Assembly: GCF_009914755.1 (NCBI RefSeq)
Contig: NC_060938.1
Direction: 5' to 3' (one strand)
DNA from: the human T2T-CHM13v2.0 reference genome, Homo sapiens
DNA: 64,000 nucleotides
Made by a program: the position numbers and the translations under genes. Numbering within the stretch: the first letter of the stretch is position 1; each line of letters opens with the position of its first letter. Under the pieces are notes generated by a model. It worked only from the letters and a program-made list of their open reading frames with translations. It had not been told where the DNA came from and did not search any database. Shown piece by piece: positions 1 through 13,938 of the stretch.

Positions 1-1370
1 AAAAAAGGGGACTTCAGAAATACTGAAAGAAGAGGAATACAGGAAAAATACATCATTTTGGCTTTACGGTGGATTCATTAAGTCATTATTTATTTTATTG
101 ACTTCCTTCTACACAGCACACACAAGAAATATAAGCTAAGCACATAATGGCCCCTGCCTTCAAGTAGCTCATGATCCATTTATAATCTAGTTAGCCTCCC
201 TCAGTGGTCTTGGTTATTGTTTATAGAATGTTAAACGGTAAAACAATAGAAGATAAAACTATCTATTGTTTCCAAACATAATGTCCTGGGTACAAATAAA
301 CTTCAGAAGGGTCTGGGTTAATAAGTAATAATAAACAACATGCATAAAATAAAAGGGGAAGATTAAAATGAAATTCTTGATAAAGGAAACTTAAAAGTTG
401 CAAAGGTCAAGGATACATACTCTCTTTTAAAAGGCTCCCACATACTTTGTAGAGAGAAAATGAGAAGTACTGAGGGTTGGGGATGGTGGATGGCATTAAA
501 AGACAAATAAAGATTATGGAGAAGGTGAAAAAATCTAAACGAAGAGTCATGGTAGAGAAAGTGTTTCACTGCTTTATCTGAACAACATTAACAACAAACT
601 AAAGGCAAAATGGGCATGTGGACAAAAGGCTTTAAACACTGTAGTTCATCACAAAAACTTTTTGGTTTCTCCTCTTCACTCAAACATAAAATTAAAGACT
701 ACCTGTCAGAGTTATTATAAATCTATTTTATATTTTCATTAATAAGATGGTAAAAATTTAGATAAAATTACATTTTTAAAATTAACATAATATTCAAATA
801 ATATTTCTCATTGGTGGATAATGATAAATGGACAAACCAGACTGGTTACTGTTGGTTTAACAATTCAATAAACAGATTATTTAAGAAAATCTTTCCAAAG
901 TAAACAAGTCGAAAAGTAATTACCATACTATGCTGCAAATACACATTCAGTTAACTGTAGCCCCATGAAACTACCATTTAGCACAGTATCTGGCACATTT
1001 GAGATGATCGATATTGTTGAATAATTGGGAAAATTCTTTTTAAGGTTCACTTTTATCTTCTAACAAAATGGTTGCTAATACATACAAGGCTGTGCAACAG
1101 GCATGGCTAAGTTCCCCACATGTACATGAGGTCAAATTAATATTTTTTATACTAAAAAAAAATTATTTCAGATTATTTGATGAAGTAGTTAAATATACTA
1201 ACATAGAGAAAAAATACCTATTTGAATATTTTTCATATTAACCTAAAATTCAATCAATAGCCAAAACATACAATGCATCTATTCTCATTATATCGTTAAA
1301 CACTCCTTAGATTTTAGTTTAATCATCTAAAAATTTGCAGATAGGGTATTAATTTAAAGAAGAGCTTCCT

Positions 1371-1652
1371 GGCCGGGCGCGGTGACTCATGCCTGTAATC
1401 CCAGCACTATGGGAGGCTGAGGCGGGCAGATCACAAGGTCATCCTGGCCAACATGGTGAAACCCTGTCTCTACTAAAAATACAAAAATTAGCTGGGCGTG
1501 GTGGTGCATGCCTGCAGTCCCAGCTACTCGGGAGGCTGAGGCAGGAGAATCGCTTGAACCTGGGAGGCAGAGGTTGCACTAAGCCGAGATAGCACCACTG
1601 CACTCCAGCCTGGTGACAGAGTGAGACTGTGTCTCAAAAGAAAAAAAAAAAG
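1371..1652 (+). mobile_element. Alu SINE, AluSc-like, with a ~14-nt internal deletion
   Basis: Starts GGCCGGGCGCGGTGACTCATGCCTGTAATCCCAGC, has a dimeric body and A tail; flanked by the TSD-like pair aaagaagagcttcct / aaagaagagtttccc. AAGAGATCGAGACC is missing after GGTC at ~1440. Confidence 0.95.
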
Positions 1653-2270
1653 AAGAGTTTCCCAAAGTTTTAAGGTGTGTTGGGTAGGCAGGGAGACGAA
1701 GAGTGGGAGGGAGAGAGGAAATTGAGATTTTGATTGAAAGACCCTTTCATAGTCTAGGTAGTCTAGTAAATACTGACCGAAATATCATTAAACAAAAGTG
1801 TTTATTGACCCTCTGAACATTTAGTACAATAATATACATCATGGATTCTTGGGAAAACTATTATGTTAAGCATTTTTCAAATTTCAAACTTGCTAAACTA
1901 GATAGAACACTTTTTCATGGAAGATTTCATTCCAACTATGATTCCACAGACCATATTCTGGGAAATACTGCTATATAATGTAAAGAAACCTTTAAAAAGA
2001 ATACATTAATGCTTGAATAAGAGTATATATTTTGCTTTAAATCTGTCTCACTGAAAAGCTATATATTTATTCCTGAATTACTCAAAAATATTTAATTAAG
2101 ACTTCTTTTAAACTGCTTTTAAAATCAAGTTTATGAGCTAAGCAAAACTGGTCCTATTACTTGAATTGTTGAAGAATGCTTTTCATACTTTTTCACATTA
2201 GTACTTCTAACTACAAAGGAGTAAGTAAAACTTGGGATAAGGGAGGTGATTCTGAGGGAATAGTTTAAAG

Positions 2271-2362
2271 CAGGGGTCAGTCAACTAAAGGCTGCAGGCC
2301 AAATACAACTCACCACCTGTTTTTGTGAATACAGTTTTATTAAAACACAACCACACACATTT
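2271..2362 (-). mobile_element. MER58-type hAT-Charlie terminal fragment
   Basis: CAGGGGTCAGTCAACT...GGCCAAAT...CCTGTTTTTGTGAATACAGTTTTATT resembles the reverse complement of the MER58 end; its TIR is like that at 11608. Confidence 0.7.
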
Positions 2363-5300
2363 CTAGTTAGCTTCAACAATTGTAATATAATATTAAAACA
2401 TCTGTGACTTCAATTAAACTCTTAAATTGCAATGTTTTAAATTATGTAATGTTAATTACAAAAAAGACACTAGTCAAACCATCTCATTGCTTGAATATAT
2501 TACCCACACTAAAAGCTTTAGATATTATAAATAGTTGTAGTATGCACGCAAAGATTATGACATAATAATAAATAAATTTTGCAATAGCAAATTAGTTCTT
2601 CAAATTGTGGCTTCACTGGCTATACATGTGGCATAATTTGAAAAGTAGAAAAATATATGCAAATATTATAAAACTTTACTTGAAGTGCTACAAAACGCAC
2701 AACTTCCAATTTACATATCATAAGAAGGTAATCAATACATTTTTAAATATAGTCACCTCATGTTCAAGAGAACTATAATATAAAAGGATCTATTGTTTCT
2801 CCTTTCAGGTTACTGTTACCTGCAATTAATTTTCAAGTGTATAAAAAATACTTTTTAAATGTCTTAATATTAAATGTCTACTGCCTTCAACATCTAGAAA
2901 TGTATATACATACTTTGCCAACTGCTAAACATTATAGATTGGTGTAAACTTTTCATCCACAAAACCATTAAAAGACATTGGGAAATTTACAACAATGCTT
3001 TATGCACTTTGCCTTCTATATTTTAACAATTAACACAAAATGATCCTATAATGTTCTTATAAAAGCGATTCAGCATTTAGCAGAAAGGGCATTTTATTAT
3101 TTTGTTTTAAAATGAATGTAATAGGCTCAAATTAATTCTGTAAGCTTGAATGAAAGATATTCAATTTATGGATTTTCATTAAATTTCTTAGAAAAATTAT
3201 GCAAAATTAGTAATTTTCTAGAAATAAGAGTATGAAAAAGATATGTCTGAAATGCTACAACTGGCATTACATGCAATGCTTTGAAATTAAGTAGGGATAC
3301 CTGATAAACAATTGGCAATATGTTAAAAAATTATTAACATAATTAAAATAATCTGATTTTCTAAATCATCTGGAAGTATGCAAGAGAAAATCTGCTGTCA
3401 TGGAAACAGTTGTGCAAATGGCAATAAATCCAGAAGAAAATGTCAGTGCTTCTGAACAATGAATGAATATAAAATAAATGCTACTTATAAATTTTTTAAA
3501 AATACAATGAAAGAAAGTACAATATTTTAAAAATGTTTTAAAATTCTAAATTACCTCCTGTAAATTTTATTTAATAAAAAAACAGATAAAAATACTGATA
3601 AATATTAATACTAAAACAAATGAAAAGTATTCTCAACCGAACATTAATTGGGAACTAGAAATGAAACTATTATTAAAAGTAACTTTAATTTCACCAGCTA
3701 TTGTTCTAAAAATTACAAATCCAAACAAATTATGTGTAATATGCTAATACTATTTATACTTTAAAAATACACAATAGGTAGCATTTGCACATAGTAACTC
3801 TTTTCGAATAGCTAACATTCATTAATAAAATAGTGTATTATAATATTGTTGCATTGCTTTTAGCCAAGTTATTTTAATAATTTATGAATGTAACATTCAA
3901 AAAGAGAATTAAATGTTAAAAGATATCTCTAAGTTAATATGAATGTCAATAACTTATTTTTAAAGTGCAAGAAAATTGTTTTACATTTGAAAGTTCATGG
4001 AATCAGGATTGATCACATTTAACATTAGATAAATACTTAACCAAATTATATCAAAATCATATAGTTAAAAATTTATGTCAATGTAAGTATAGGCACAATA
4101 TATAGATTTGACTCTCACATTATCTTTTATCTTGTCATTTTTAAAAAAGCTTCAGACAAAAAAATCAACTCTATTAAATGTATCTACCATCCATGTGTAC
4201 CTCCTATCCTTGAGGAAAAACTGATCTACATGTTCATAGTTATGGTAAATCTGTATTCTCACAGAATACCAAATATTAATATGAATGTTAATATTTCATA
4301 TAATTATAACAAAGTGTTCAGATTAAAGGGAGGAATGGAATTCCTCAACATAGAGGCATTAACTTGTTAATATAATATAAAGATGTTAAACATTTTAAAA
4401 TAAGACATTACATATTTTTAAGTACGTAATGCTTAAGGTTCATTCTTCTCAGTAAAGGAATGTGTGCAGTTCTTCAGACAGTTGACAGAAGTAGTACTTT
4501 GCCTTTTTCTCCTCCTAAAGGAACACTGGATCAAATTCAAACTGCCAGAGAAATATATAAACTGGTATTATACCAGTACGGCCTTGCTACATAAAAACAG
4601 CCTTGATTTATTTCATTTTTTCTTCAAAGTTTAAATATTTCAAATGAGCTTTTACTGATGAAAATGTATTCCTTTAATTAAAAATACATATGAATTGAGA
4701 CAAACACACTAAAAACTATATACATTTGTTTTATATATCAATTTGCTATTATATTTGTCCTTACCTTCAAAGTAAACCCACATCCCAATAGTATATTTCT
4801 TTCATTTTCTTCTATCATTCTACCTACCTTAATATACAATTTCATTATTTTAATATTTATCTTTTTACCTACATCTAATAACTTTCCTGCTTTATCTTAT
4901 CCACTATATACTTATTCTTTCTTCCAGTGTCTCTACAAACTTCTAAAGTGTAGTCCAAAAATGGCCAACAAAGAACAAAAGTGGACAATAATTATGACAT
5001 TTACTATATTGAACCATGAAAACTATTTCAAGAGAAATTCTCATTTTATTCCTTATTCCATTATTAGGTTGATTACTTTTGAAAATTCGCAGGTTCACAG
5101 GGCCTCTGTTTAGGGTTCCAGTTAACAATGACTGTAATGTGTAACCTGGAATTGTGCAATATGATTGCTCTGAGCTTGTATTTATATAAAGAAAAAAAAT
5201 TACCTAAGTTTAAAATTTTCAAAAATGGGTTCTATACAGGAAATTTTCTAAAACACTTATTATATGTGCATTACTCAAAGTTGATAACAATTGCACAATA

Positions 5301-5859
5301 TAAACTTTATTTTCTTACATTCACTAGTAGTCGTCAATTGTCAGGCACATAATACATACTATACTAATCAATTTGTTCATAATATATGCAAACAGAGACT
5401 CCAAATACTTTGTTTAATAAAAGACCAGACTCAAAGATTACTGTGCAAACTTTTAACTTACAAAACTTATCAGTATCTATAGTCTATCATGGTTACTTTA
5501 CATTTTTACAAAAATACAAGATTTTGGACATGTATCCTATGCCTACTAAAAAGCATGGTAAAGAAAAAGGATGAAAGGAAAAGCAAGTACTGGTTACGTT
5601 ATTGACTTTTCAACTACAATTATTGTATTACTTTATCTGTAAAGAAAAATAGATCATAGTGATCTACGCTTGAAATATTTTAGAATGCCTATACATTTCC
5701 ATTCTTACATTCATACATTTCTACAAATTATGTTATTTGCTATTTTAACACTTACTGAGGTATGTATACATGTATACATAAAAAAGTACAAAATCATAAG
5801 TGTATATCTTAAATTTTCAAGAACACAAACGTATGTTCAACTTTATAGGATGCTCCAAA

Positions 5860-6680
5860 ATGATTAGTTTCTAAAGTTATTTTATCCACTTCCAATCCTT
5901 CCACCTGTTTATGAGAGTTAATCCACATTCTTGCCAACAAAGTATTGTCAGTCTTTTTCACTTTAGTTATTCAGGTGGATGAACAGTGGTATCATGTTAT
6001 GGTTTTAATCTGCATTTCCCTAATGAATAATATATTTGTAACGGTATTGAGTGTTTATCGGCCATTAGGATATCCTCTTTTGTGAAATTCCTGTTCAGTT
6101 GTTTGGCCAATTTTTTATTGGGTTATATTTTTTCCTTATTGATTTGAAGGCATTCTATGCATACTGTATTGCAAGTATATGCTCTCACTTTGTGACTTGT
6201 CTATTCACTGTTAATGGTGTCTTGATGAGCAGAAGTTCTGGATTTTCATGTGGCCCAATTTATTGTTTTTTTTCCCCTTTATGGTTAGAGCTTTTATGTA
6301 CCACTTTAATGTTTGCCTAATTTAAGATCATAAAGATATTCTATGTGGTTTTTCTTTTCCCCAACAGCTATGTTTTCTTTCCATTGGCATTTAGATCTGC
6401 AATCCATCTGTGACTGATTTTTGAGAACAGTGTCAGGTAGGAGCCAAGATACAAATTTGTTTACATATTTCCTATTTGGCTACTCAATTAACTCAGACTA
6501 TGCTTTCACAACTACAGTATAAGGTAACATTTGGCCTAAAGGAACTGACTATATATATTTTTGTTTGTATTTAGGCTCTATTGAACAGTGTTTTTTCTTT
6601 CCATTGGTCTACTTATTTATCCTTGCAGCAACAGCACACTGTCTCAATGGGACTTTGTAATGTAAATCATCTAGCTGTGG
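5860..6680 (-). mobile_element. Old L1 (L1M) fragment, ORF2 3' region
   Basis: Typical antisense L1 text such as TCCACATTCTTGCCAACA and GGTTTTAATCTGCATTTCCCTAATG; boundaries approximate. Confidence 0.75.
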
Positions 6681-6714
6681 TTGTCTTTAATTATGTGTTA
6701 AAGAAATGAAGAAG

Positions 6715-7430
<716 letters not shown>

Positions 7431-8409
7431 TATTAATTAAGAGAGTCTGTATAATATAGTAGATAGAATACAAACTATATGTTGAGAAGACTAAATGGAC
7501 TATGTACTTTAAGAATGTTAAGATACTTTAACAATTTTATTAATTTTATTATAAATAACAATTGTGCCATTTGCCACTTTCCAGATAAAATTTAAAAATT
7601 AATCTTATCACAAACAGTAAATATCTGAAGAATATATCCATAAATGAATTATATATACCATGCCATGGCATAGTCATATGTAAATCACCATTTCCAACAA
7701 GGACATCCTTTGAACCACAAGAGGTTTACAAACTATCAGTTTCCTCTTCCTGAATTTCAGAATAAAGATAATATGAAATTGTTTTAAATTCTGAAGAAAT
7801 ATACTTGTTGGAAGAAGTATACAAAATCTGGGCTGGAAGCAGAATTGGAAAAACACCAACTATTCTGATGAAATGCAAACTACAAATGAGACTACAGTTA
7901 ATTGGACTTCCAAATTTTAATCTCTATCATAAACATGATATAAGTACAGGTCCAATACTTTATTTATGCCAAATAATTCATTTCAAAGGGAAGATAAATC
8001 ATAGAGTTATTTTGTAATAAAATATTTAAGGATATTATATTATCCTTAAATGTCCCTGTTCAAGATGAAGAAAGTATTTTAAATATAAATTGCTTACTCT
8101 ACTTCTGAAAAAGTATTTCATTTTCACAAACACTGTGTTGGGATAATGAGTAATGTTTCTTTTCCATAGTTTTCTATGTTATCTAAGTTTTCTGTAGTTT
8201 AGTACACTTATATATAAATACAATAATTATGGTAAAAGCATTTTAAAAGTATTGCCATTATTATTATAAATTAGACCAAAGATATTAGCTTGTTTTACGT
8301 AGCCCTCTTTTATCAATAACACCTTATCACTTTAATGCTACGACAAATCATTTGAAATTTCACATTTCTTGCTTTAAAAAGTCTAAATCTTATTTTTAAG
8401 TTTCACTCT

Positions 8410-8640
8410 GAATTGACACATACTAATTGTACATATTAATGAGGTATAGTGTGATGCTTCAATACATATACACACTATATAAAAACCAAATGAGGGTATT
8501 TAGCATATCACTTCACACATTTATCATTTCTTTGTAGTGAGAATATTCGAAATCCTCTATTCCAGTTATTTTGAAATATACAATATTGTTAACCATAGTA
8601 ACCCTATTCTGCAATAGAACACCAGAACTTATTCCTCATT
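8410..8640 (-). mobile_element. L1MA 3' end fragment
   Basis: AATTGTACATATT...TTTATCATTTCTTTGTAGTGAGAA...AATAGAACACCAGAACTTATTCCTC, the antisense L1MA 3' UTR. Confidence 0.75.
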
Positions 8641-8644
8641 TTAG

Positions 8645-8740
8645 TTTCAACTTTTATTTTAGATTCAGGGGGTACATATGCAGGTTTGTTACATGGCTAT
8701 ATTTGCATGACTCTGATGTTTGGGATACAAATGATCTCTA
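8645..8740 (-). mobile_element. L1PB-like 3' tip
   Basis: TTTCAACTTTTATTTTAGATTCAGGGGGTACATATGCAGGTTTGTTACATGG is a characteristic antisense L1P 3' end. Confidence 0.75.
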
Positions 8741-9830
8741 GTTTTTAAATTGTATTTGGCAATAAGGAACTATTACGACGATTTTTCATGTGTAAAATGT
8801 GATTACTAAATTATATACTTTTTCATTTTTGTTCCAAATCTAACATTCTATGGTACTATAGAGTTGCTTCAGAAGGAAATACCTGGGTTCAAAACTGAAA
8901 TAATCTTTATCAAAATTTTGTACTGGATAAATTAACCTATAAAAAACATTTTCCCCTTTGAGATTCTATTTTAAATGGAAAACATTTACTCAAATCTCTT
9001 CTCGTGAAATTAGTATTTTTGAAATGTATTTCAAATTTATATTTCCTCCAATATAACTATATAATGTATAATTTTAGAAATATTTTGTCAATGCCTTTAA
9101 TAATGATCTGACAATAATGTATTAAGTTACACTCACAAATGAAACAATCACAGTACAACCTGTGAACTAAACTGAGTTAGATTATTAAAGTTATTGGGAG
9201 GCACTGTGAGCAATGGGAAAGGTGAGTATGTACAGAGCAAGTGAGGATACACAGTAAGGGTATAATCACTGTAATGGCAAGATATGCATTAGAGAATCAA
9301 CAGCACAAACTAAGAATAGGTAGAGTAGGGCCAGATTATAAAGGGCTTTGAAATTCATAAAAAGGATTCCGGATTTGATGTAGTGGTTCTTAGGTTAGTG
9401 ATGCCATGTAAATTTGTTTTCGTAGAATTAGACTGTTAACACCTATGCAAAAGAAGTAGAAAAAACAAGGTAAAATAATTGAAAGAGAAACAGGAATCAT
9501 AAGTAACTCTTGAAATGATAAACTAAAATAGAATGTATCTTCCTAACATGTACTTTGAATTGTTTTTTTGGTAATTATAATGGATTTGCATGACAATTTC
9601 TCTTCCTGTGTATTCTTTATAATCCTATGACTGGGAAAAACAAAAGCTGCATGACTTTGAGAGGACCAGATAATTAGTGAAAATATAAGAGAGAAAAATA
9701 AATTTTCTACAAGTAGAAGAAATTTTTTTCTTAATTTATATTCCTATCAGTGTGATCACAGAAAAAAGTTATGTTAAATAATGCAAGAAATAATGAAGAA
9801 TGGGGTACATTTTCTGTTGATATACACGTG

Positions 9831-10651
9831 CAGTTGGTTTGCATTATTCAAGGTAGTTATGATCTATTAAGTTGCCACAAACACTGAATTAACAAATAGT
9901 GAACATTATTTCTAGGGGAAATACAGGGTTAGGTCCCTATGAACTTCTGGTTACATTTAAAAACACCTTATTTAACATATATTGTTGATACATTAACATT
10001 TAACTCATGGCCAACGGCCTTGTAAATATGCCTGTGTGAGGATCACCTAATTCATGTAAAGTTGACCTTTCAATAACATATTTAAACTGAATAGATTCAC
10101 TTATGGTGCATTTCTTTCTACATAAACACAGATGAAAACACAGTATTCACAGGATGCAAAACCCATATATGGAGGGCCAGCTATTCCTACATGCAGGCTC
10201 CCCAGGGTGGACTGGGGGACTTCAGTATGCTTAGATTTTGGTATCCACGAAGGTGCTGAAACCAATCCCTGATGTATACTGAGAAATTACTATATTTTCT
10301 CCATAGGGCACATCATTTCCTTCTGGCACTTAGAAACACCAATTTAGACAGCACTTCAGCACTGCACTTGGGGGCCATTTTAAGCAACGAAGTCAACAAC
10401 AAAAAGCACAAAATTAAGCCGTGGCACTAATAAACTGAAAAGGACACTTGTCAAAACAAGATGGCAGGACATCGCATTGCCGGACCTAAGCTATGAAAAT
10501 ATGTCAGGTGACTCAAATTCTTTTTATCACTATGCACATGCTTGTTAATGATTGCAAAGCACTTGTGAGTACTAATTTTGGGGTTTTAAATAAATTTTAG
10601 TGAGGGGACAAATTTGCAATTATGGAATCCAAGAATAATGAAGATCGACTG
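9831..10651. mobile_element. MER82 (TcMar-Tigger non-autonomous DNA transposon), split by MER8
   Basis: Ends CAGTTGGTTTGCATTATTC...GAATAATGAAGATCGACTG are imperfect inverted repeats; internal CTAGGGGAAATACAGGGTTAGG and GACAGCACTTCAGCACT...GGGGGCCATTTT match the recalled MER82 consensus. Confidence 0.8.
10059..10292. mobile_element. MER8 (TcMar-Tigger MITE) nested in MER82
   Basis: ~234 bp, (C)AGTTGACC...CAGTATTCACAGGATGCAAAACCC...GGAGGGCC...ACCAATCCC...; TA on both sides (10057-58, 10293-94). Confidence 0.75.
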
Positions 10652-11829
10652 AATTTAATGGAATGAGACTTACATGGCCAGAGTTTTAATTCTCATTTTA
10701 AAAATAATTAGCTAGATAATCAGGACCAAGGCACAAAATTTCTTATCTGAAAAACTGAAATGCTATATAAGTTTATCAACTTTTCTAGCTCAAACACTGT
10801 ATAACGCCATAATGTACAACTCTTAATCCCCTGTCATCCAATCCTCAAGCATATTTGACAATGTTGATGTTAGAGCTCTCTGGTAGAGAACACCAAAGTC
10901 TAACATCAGATTTGGTAAATTCTATCCATATCAAAAAATAAAATAAAAGTATGGTCCTAAAGTAGATTTGATAAATCAGTCAAAAATAATAACTTTCCAA
11001 AGAGTACAATTTGAAAATCAATGCTCATTTGAGGTAGTTCAGCATGACTATTTTAGGTCACAAGCAGAAAAGGTGTAAAGAAAAAGTGACATGCTTTGTA
11101 AATTTCCCAGCAGAATTAGGTTGAAAACTGACATGTTAATATATTTCATACCTTACAATGAGTTTACTGGACATATTACTCTAACAATACATGAAAATTA
11201 TGCATTATCAGTAAACTCAAAGTAAAAATTCAAGTTAATTTAAAAAGTGACATGCAGTTTTAAAAAATTTTAGATCGTTTAATTGCTATTACAAAACAGA
11301 AAGAAACAAAACAGACTCACGAACTCTATTACAATATTGTTTGCCTTTGTGTTTTTTAACTGAGCATTAGGTTTTGTTTGTTTTTAAATGGTATGAGAAA
11401 ACTAATAGACTGGTGCTTTTCCTTTTATAACAGATTTGTCTTTGTTTAGGATTTGGTTAATTGATCATCGTATAAATATATTTCATTCTTTGTAAACTTA
11501 GTTCTTAAAATTTACTCTTTATCTTTTTATTGTAAAAGATAAGTAATCAAAGATATAATAGTATGAAAATATCGAACAATTTAGTTGTAAAAGTAGATAT
11601 GTTAGAACAGAGGTCAGCAAACTTTTCCTATTAATATATAGGTTCAGAAAGTAAATATTTTATGTTTTGCAGGCCAAGAGGTTAAATCAAGGGTATTATG
11701 TAGGAGTTTATACAAGAGAAAATAAATTTCTGCAATTTTTATATTGACAAAATTCAAATAATACTGCTACTAACAACCAAGAACAGCAAACAGATCTACT
11801 AAGGAGAAAGATGAAGTATAACATTTTCC

Positions 11830-13338
11830 TTAATTAGAGTTCAAAGTCAGTGTTCCTTATCATTAAATCTATTGCAATTGTTCACCTGTTAATACTGATC
11901 TAGAATGAAATCTTATGTATTTTATTTTTGAAAATGAAATGTCTTTCACAAGATAGTTACTGCCAAATATTGATATCAATATTCATATCAATGTGCATAT
12001 AATATTTTAGGGTCATGTCCATCACTTGGGAGGCATCTATAGAATTATAATAGATTTTTCTCTTAATATTTGCTTTTAGCAGGCCATTATATTGCAGAGT
12101 AATCACTGTCAATTGAAGATTAGGCAGAAGCTCAACTGCACAGATAAATGGATTTTGAAATATGGAAATTTCTTTTGAACTGCACTGAGGTCTGAAATAT
12201 GCTGCTGGAACTATAGTTTGAACTCATAAAATACATCTGCTGCAAATTTGTGTAGGGTTGGAGATTTTGTTTTAATTTTTGAGACAACAGGAAGTGTAAC
12301 CTGTGATTCAAAAACTATTGTTAACATGACTTCACTGAAGTTTAAGTTTTGCAAGTAAATGCTGTTGGCCTGGTAACACTGGGTTGAATTCATTGTAAAC
12401 GTTATCAAGTCTACACAAAAAGCTAATTTTCGTAGCCATTTAATGTTGATAAATGTGGGTTAGAGTCAGATTCGTTATTTTCATTCAGAAAAAAAAATCC
12501 ATCTTGGTCTTAGCTACATTGCAATAGGCTTTATTATGGTTAAATTATTGAACTGCTATATAGTAGGGCAAGTCAGAATATTCATCTTCTATTTCTGACA
12601 AAAATTCACAGAACTGACACTCTGTGAAATTGAGTGAAGTTTACTATTGATACTACTGGTTCAATAACATGATAGACTCAAATATATTCCACAAGGTACT
12701 TGGTGAATAATATTACTATGAATAACCACAGATTTCACAAGTTTCATAAATTTCTGTAACTAATTACACAAATTATTATGCTCCTAATATCACAAATATT
12801 TTTGCCACCATTAGCTTCAACTCATCTCATTAGATTCTACTTCTAGTTGTCCTAAATTAGTGTTTTCTTAACTCAGCTGAAAATATTCTCATCCGTAGTT
12901 GTTCCAAGCAGACTATTCATAGAAGTTTTCCCTCAGTCACATTAGTTCTTTGAATAAACAACCTGGCATTAGCTCCTTCAGTAAAGTTTATTTTCTCTGG
13001 ATAGGTTTTAACTTACTCACCACTGGGAAATGACTTTCCTTACTTGGCCAACAAATTAGTTACTCAGAAACTCACTGTGGTTGCAGCCTCATTTTTTATT
13101 TTTGTGAATAAGATGTTTTATTTAAAATGCTTCTGACCATTGCTTTCTCGTGTGTTGGTAATGCTGCAATGAGTGTGTAATCTGGTAATGTCAACATTTA
13201 TTATTTTAGTGCAGCTATAGTGTTACTGCATAACACAATACTGTGCCACCTTATTTATAACAAAGTAATTCACACTGCATGGTTCCTTAAAACCATAACA
13301 TTAGAAGCTCACATTCTCTTCTCTTCTTGTTTTGACAT
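11830..13338 (-). pseudogene. Decayed hAT (Charlie/Buster/SPIN-like) transposase reading frame
   Basis: Hand translation: MSKQEEKR / VSF*CYGFKEPCSVNYFVIK*GGTVLC at the N-terminus (BED-finger-like start); FAADVFYEFKL in ORF 12211-12408; LQLTVITLQYNGLLK at ~12070-12115; ISIFGSNYL (compare FGSTYLCE) at ~11950-11976. Many stops and frameshifts. Confidence 0.75.
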
Positions 13339-13590
13339 GATGAATATGTACTGCTAATAACACGTAAGTACAATTCCATGGTATGGCAAACATTGCCGAG
13401 ACATTACAGTGTCACTAAGATTGAGAAGCAATGTAAAGTAGTAAGACCTCCATATGCGATCTCTGTTGCAACTACTCAACTGCCATTGTAATGTAAAAAC
13501 AGTCATAAACAATCAGTATGGTTGTATACTAATACATTTTTATTTATGGGCAGAGAAATTTGAATTGCATATAATTTTCACATTCCTTGA

Positions 13591-13938
<348 letters not shown>

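Noticed and set aside
4755-4775. Strong minus-strand donor AAG|GTAAGG
   Set aside because: No convincing acceptor at exon distance upstream, and isolated donor-like sites are common.
8024-8051. 11-bp inverted repeat ATTTAAGGATA/TATCCTTAAAT
   Set aside because: Short and AT-rich, plausible by chance in 64 kb; a rho-independent terminator is not meaningful in this genome.
12211-12408. 65-aa ORF as a domesticated transposase gene
   Set aside because: It is only a short open piece of a frame broken by many stops and frameshifts.
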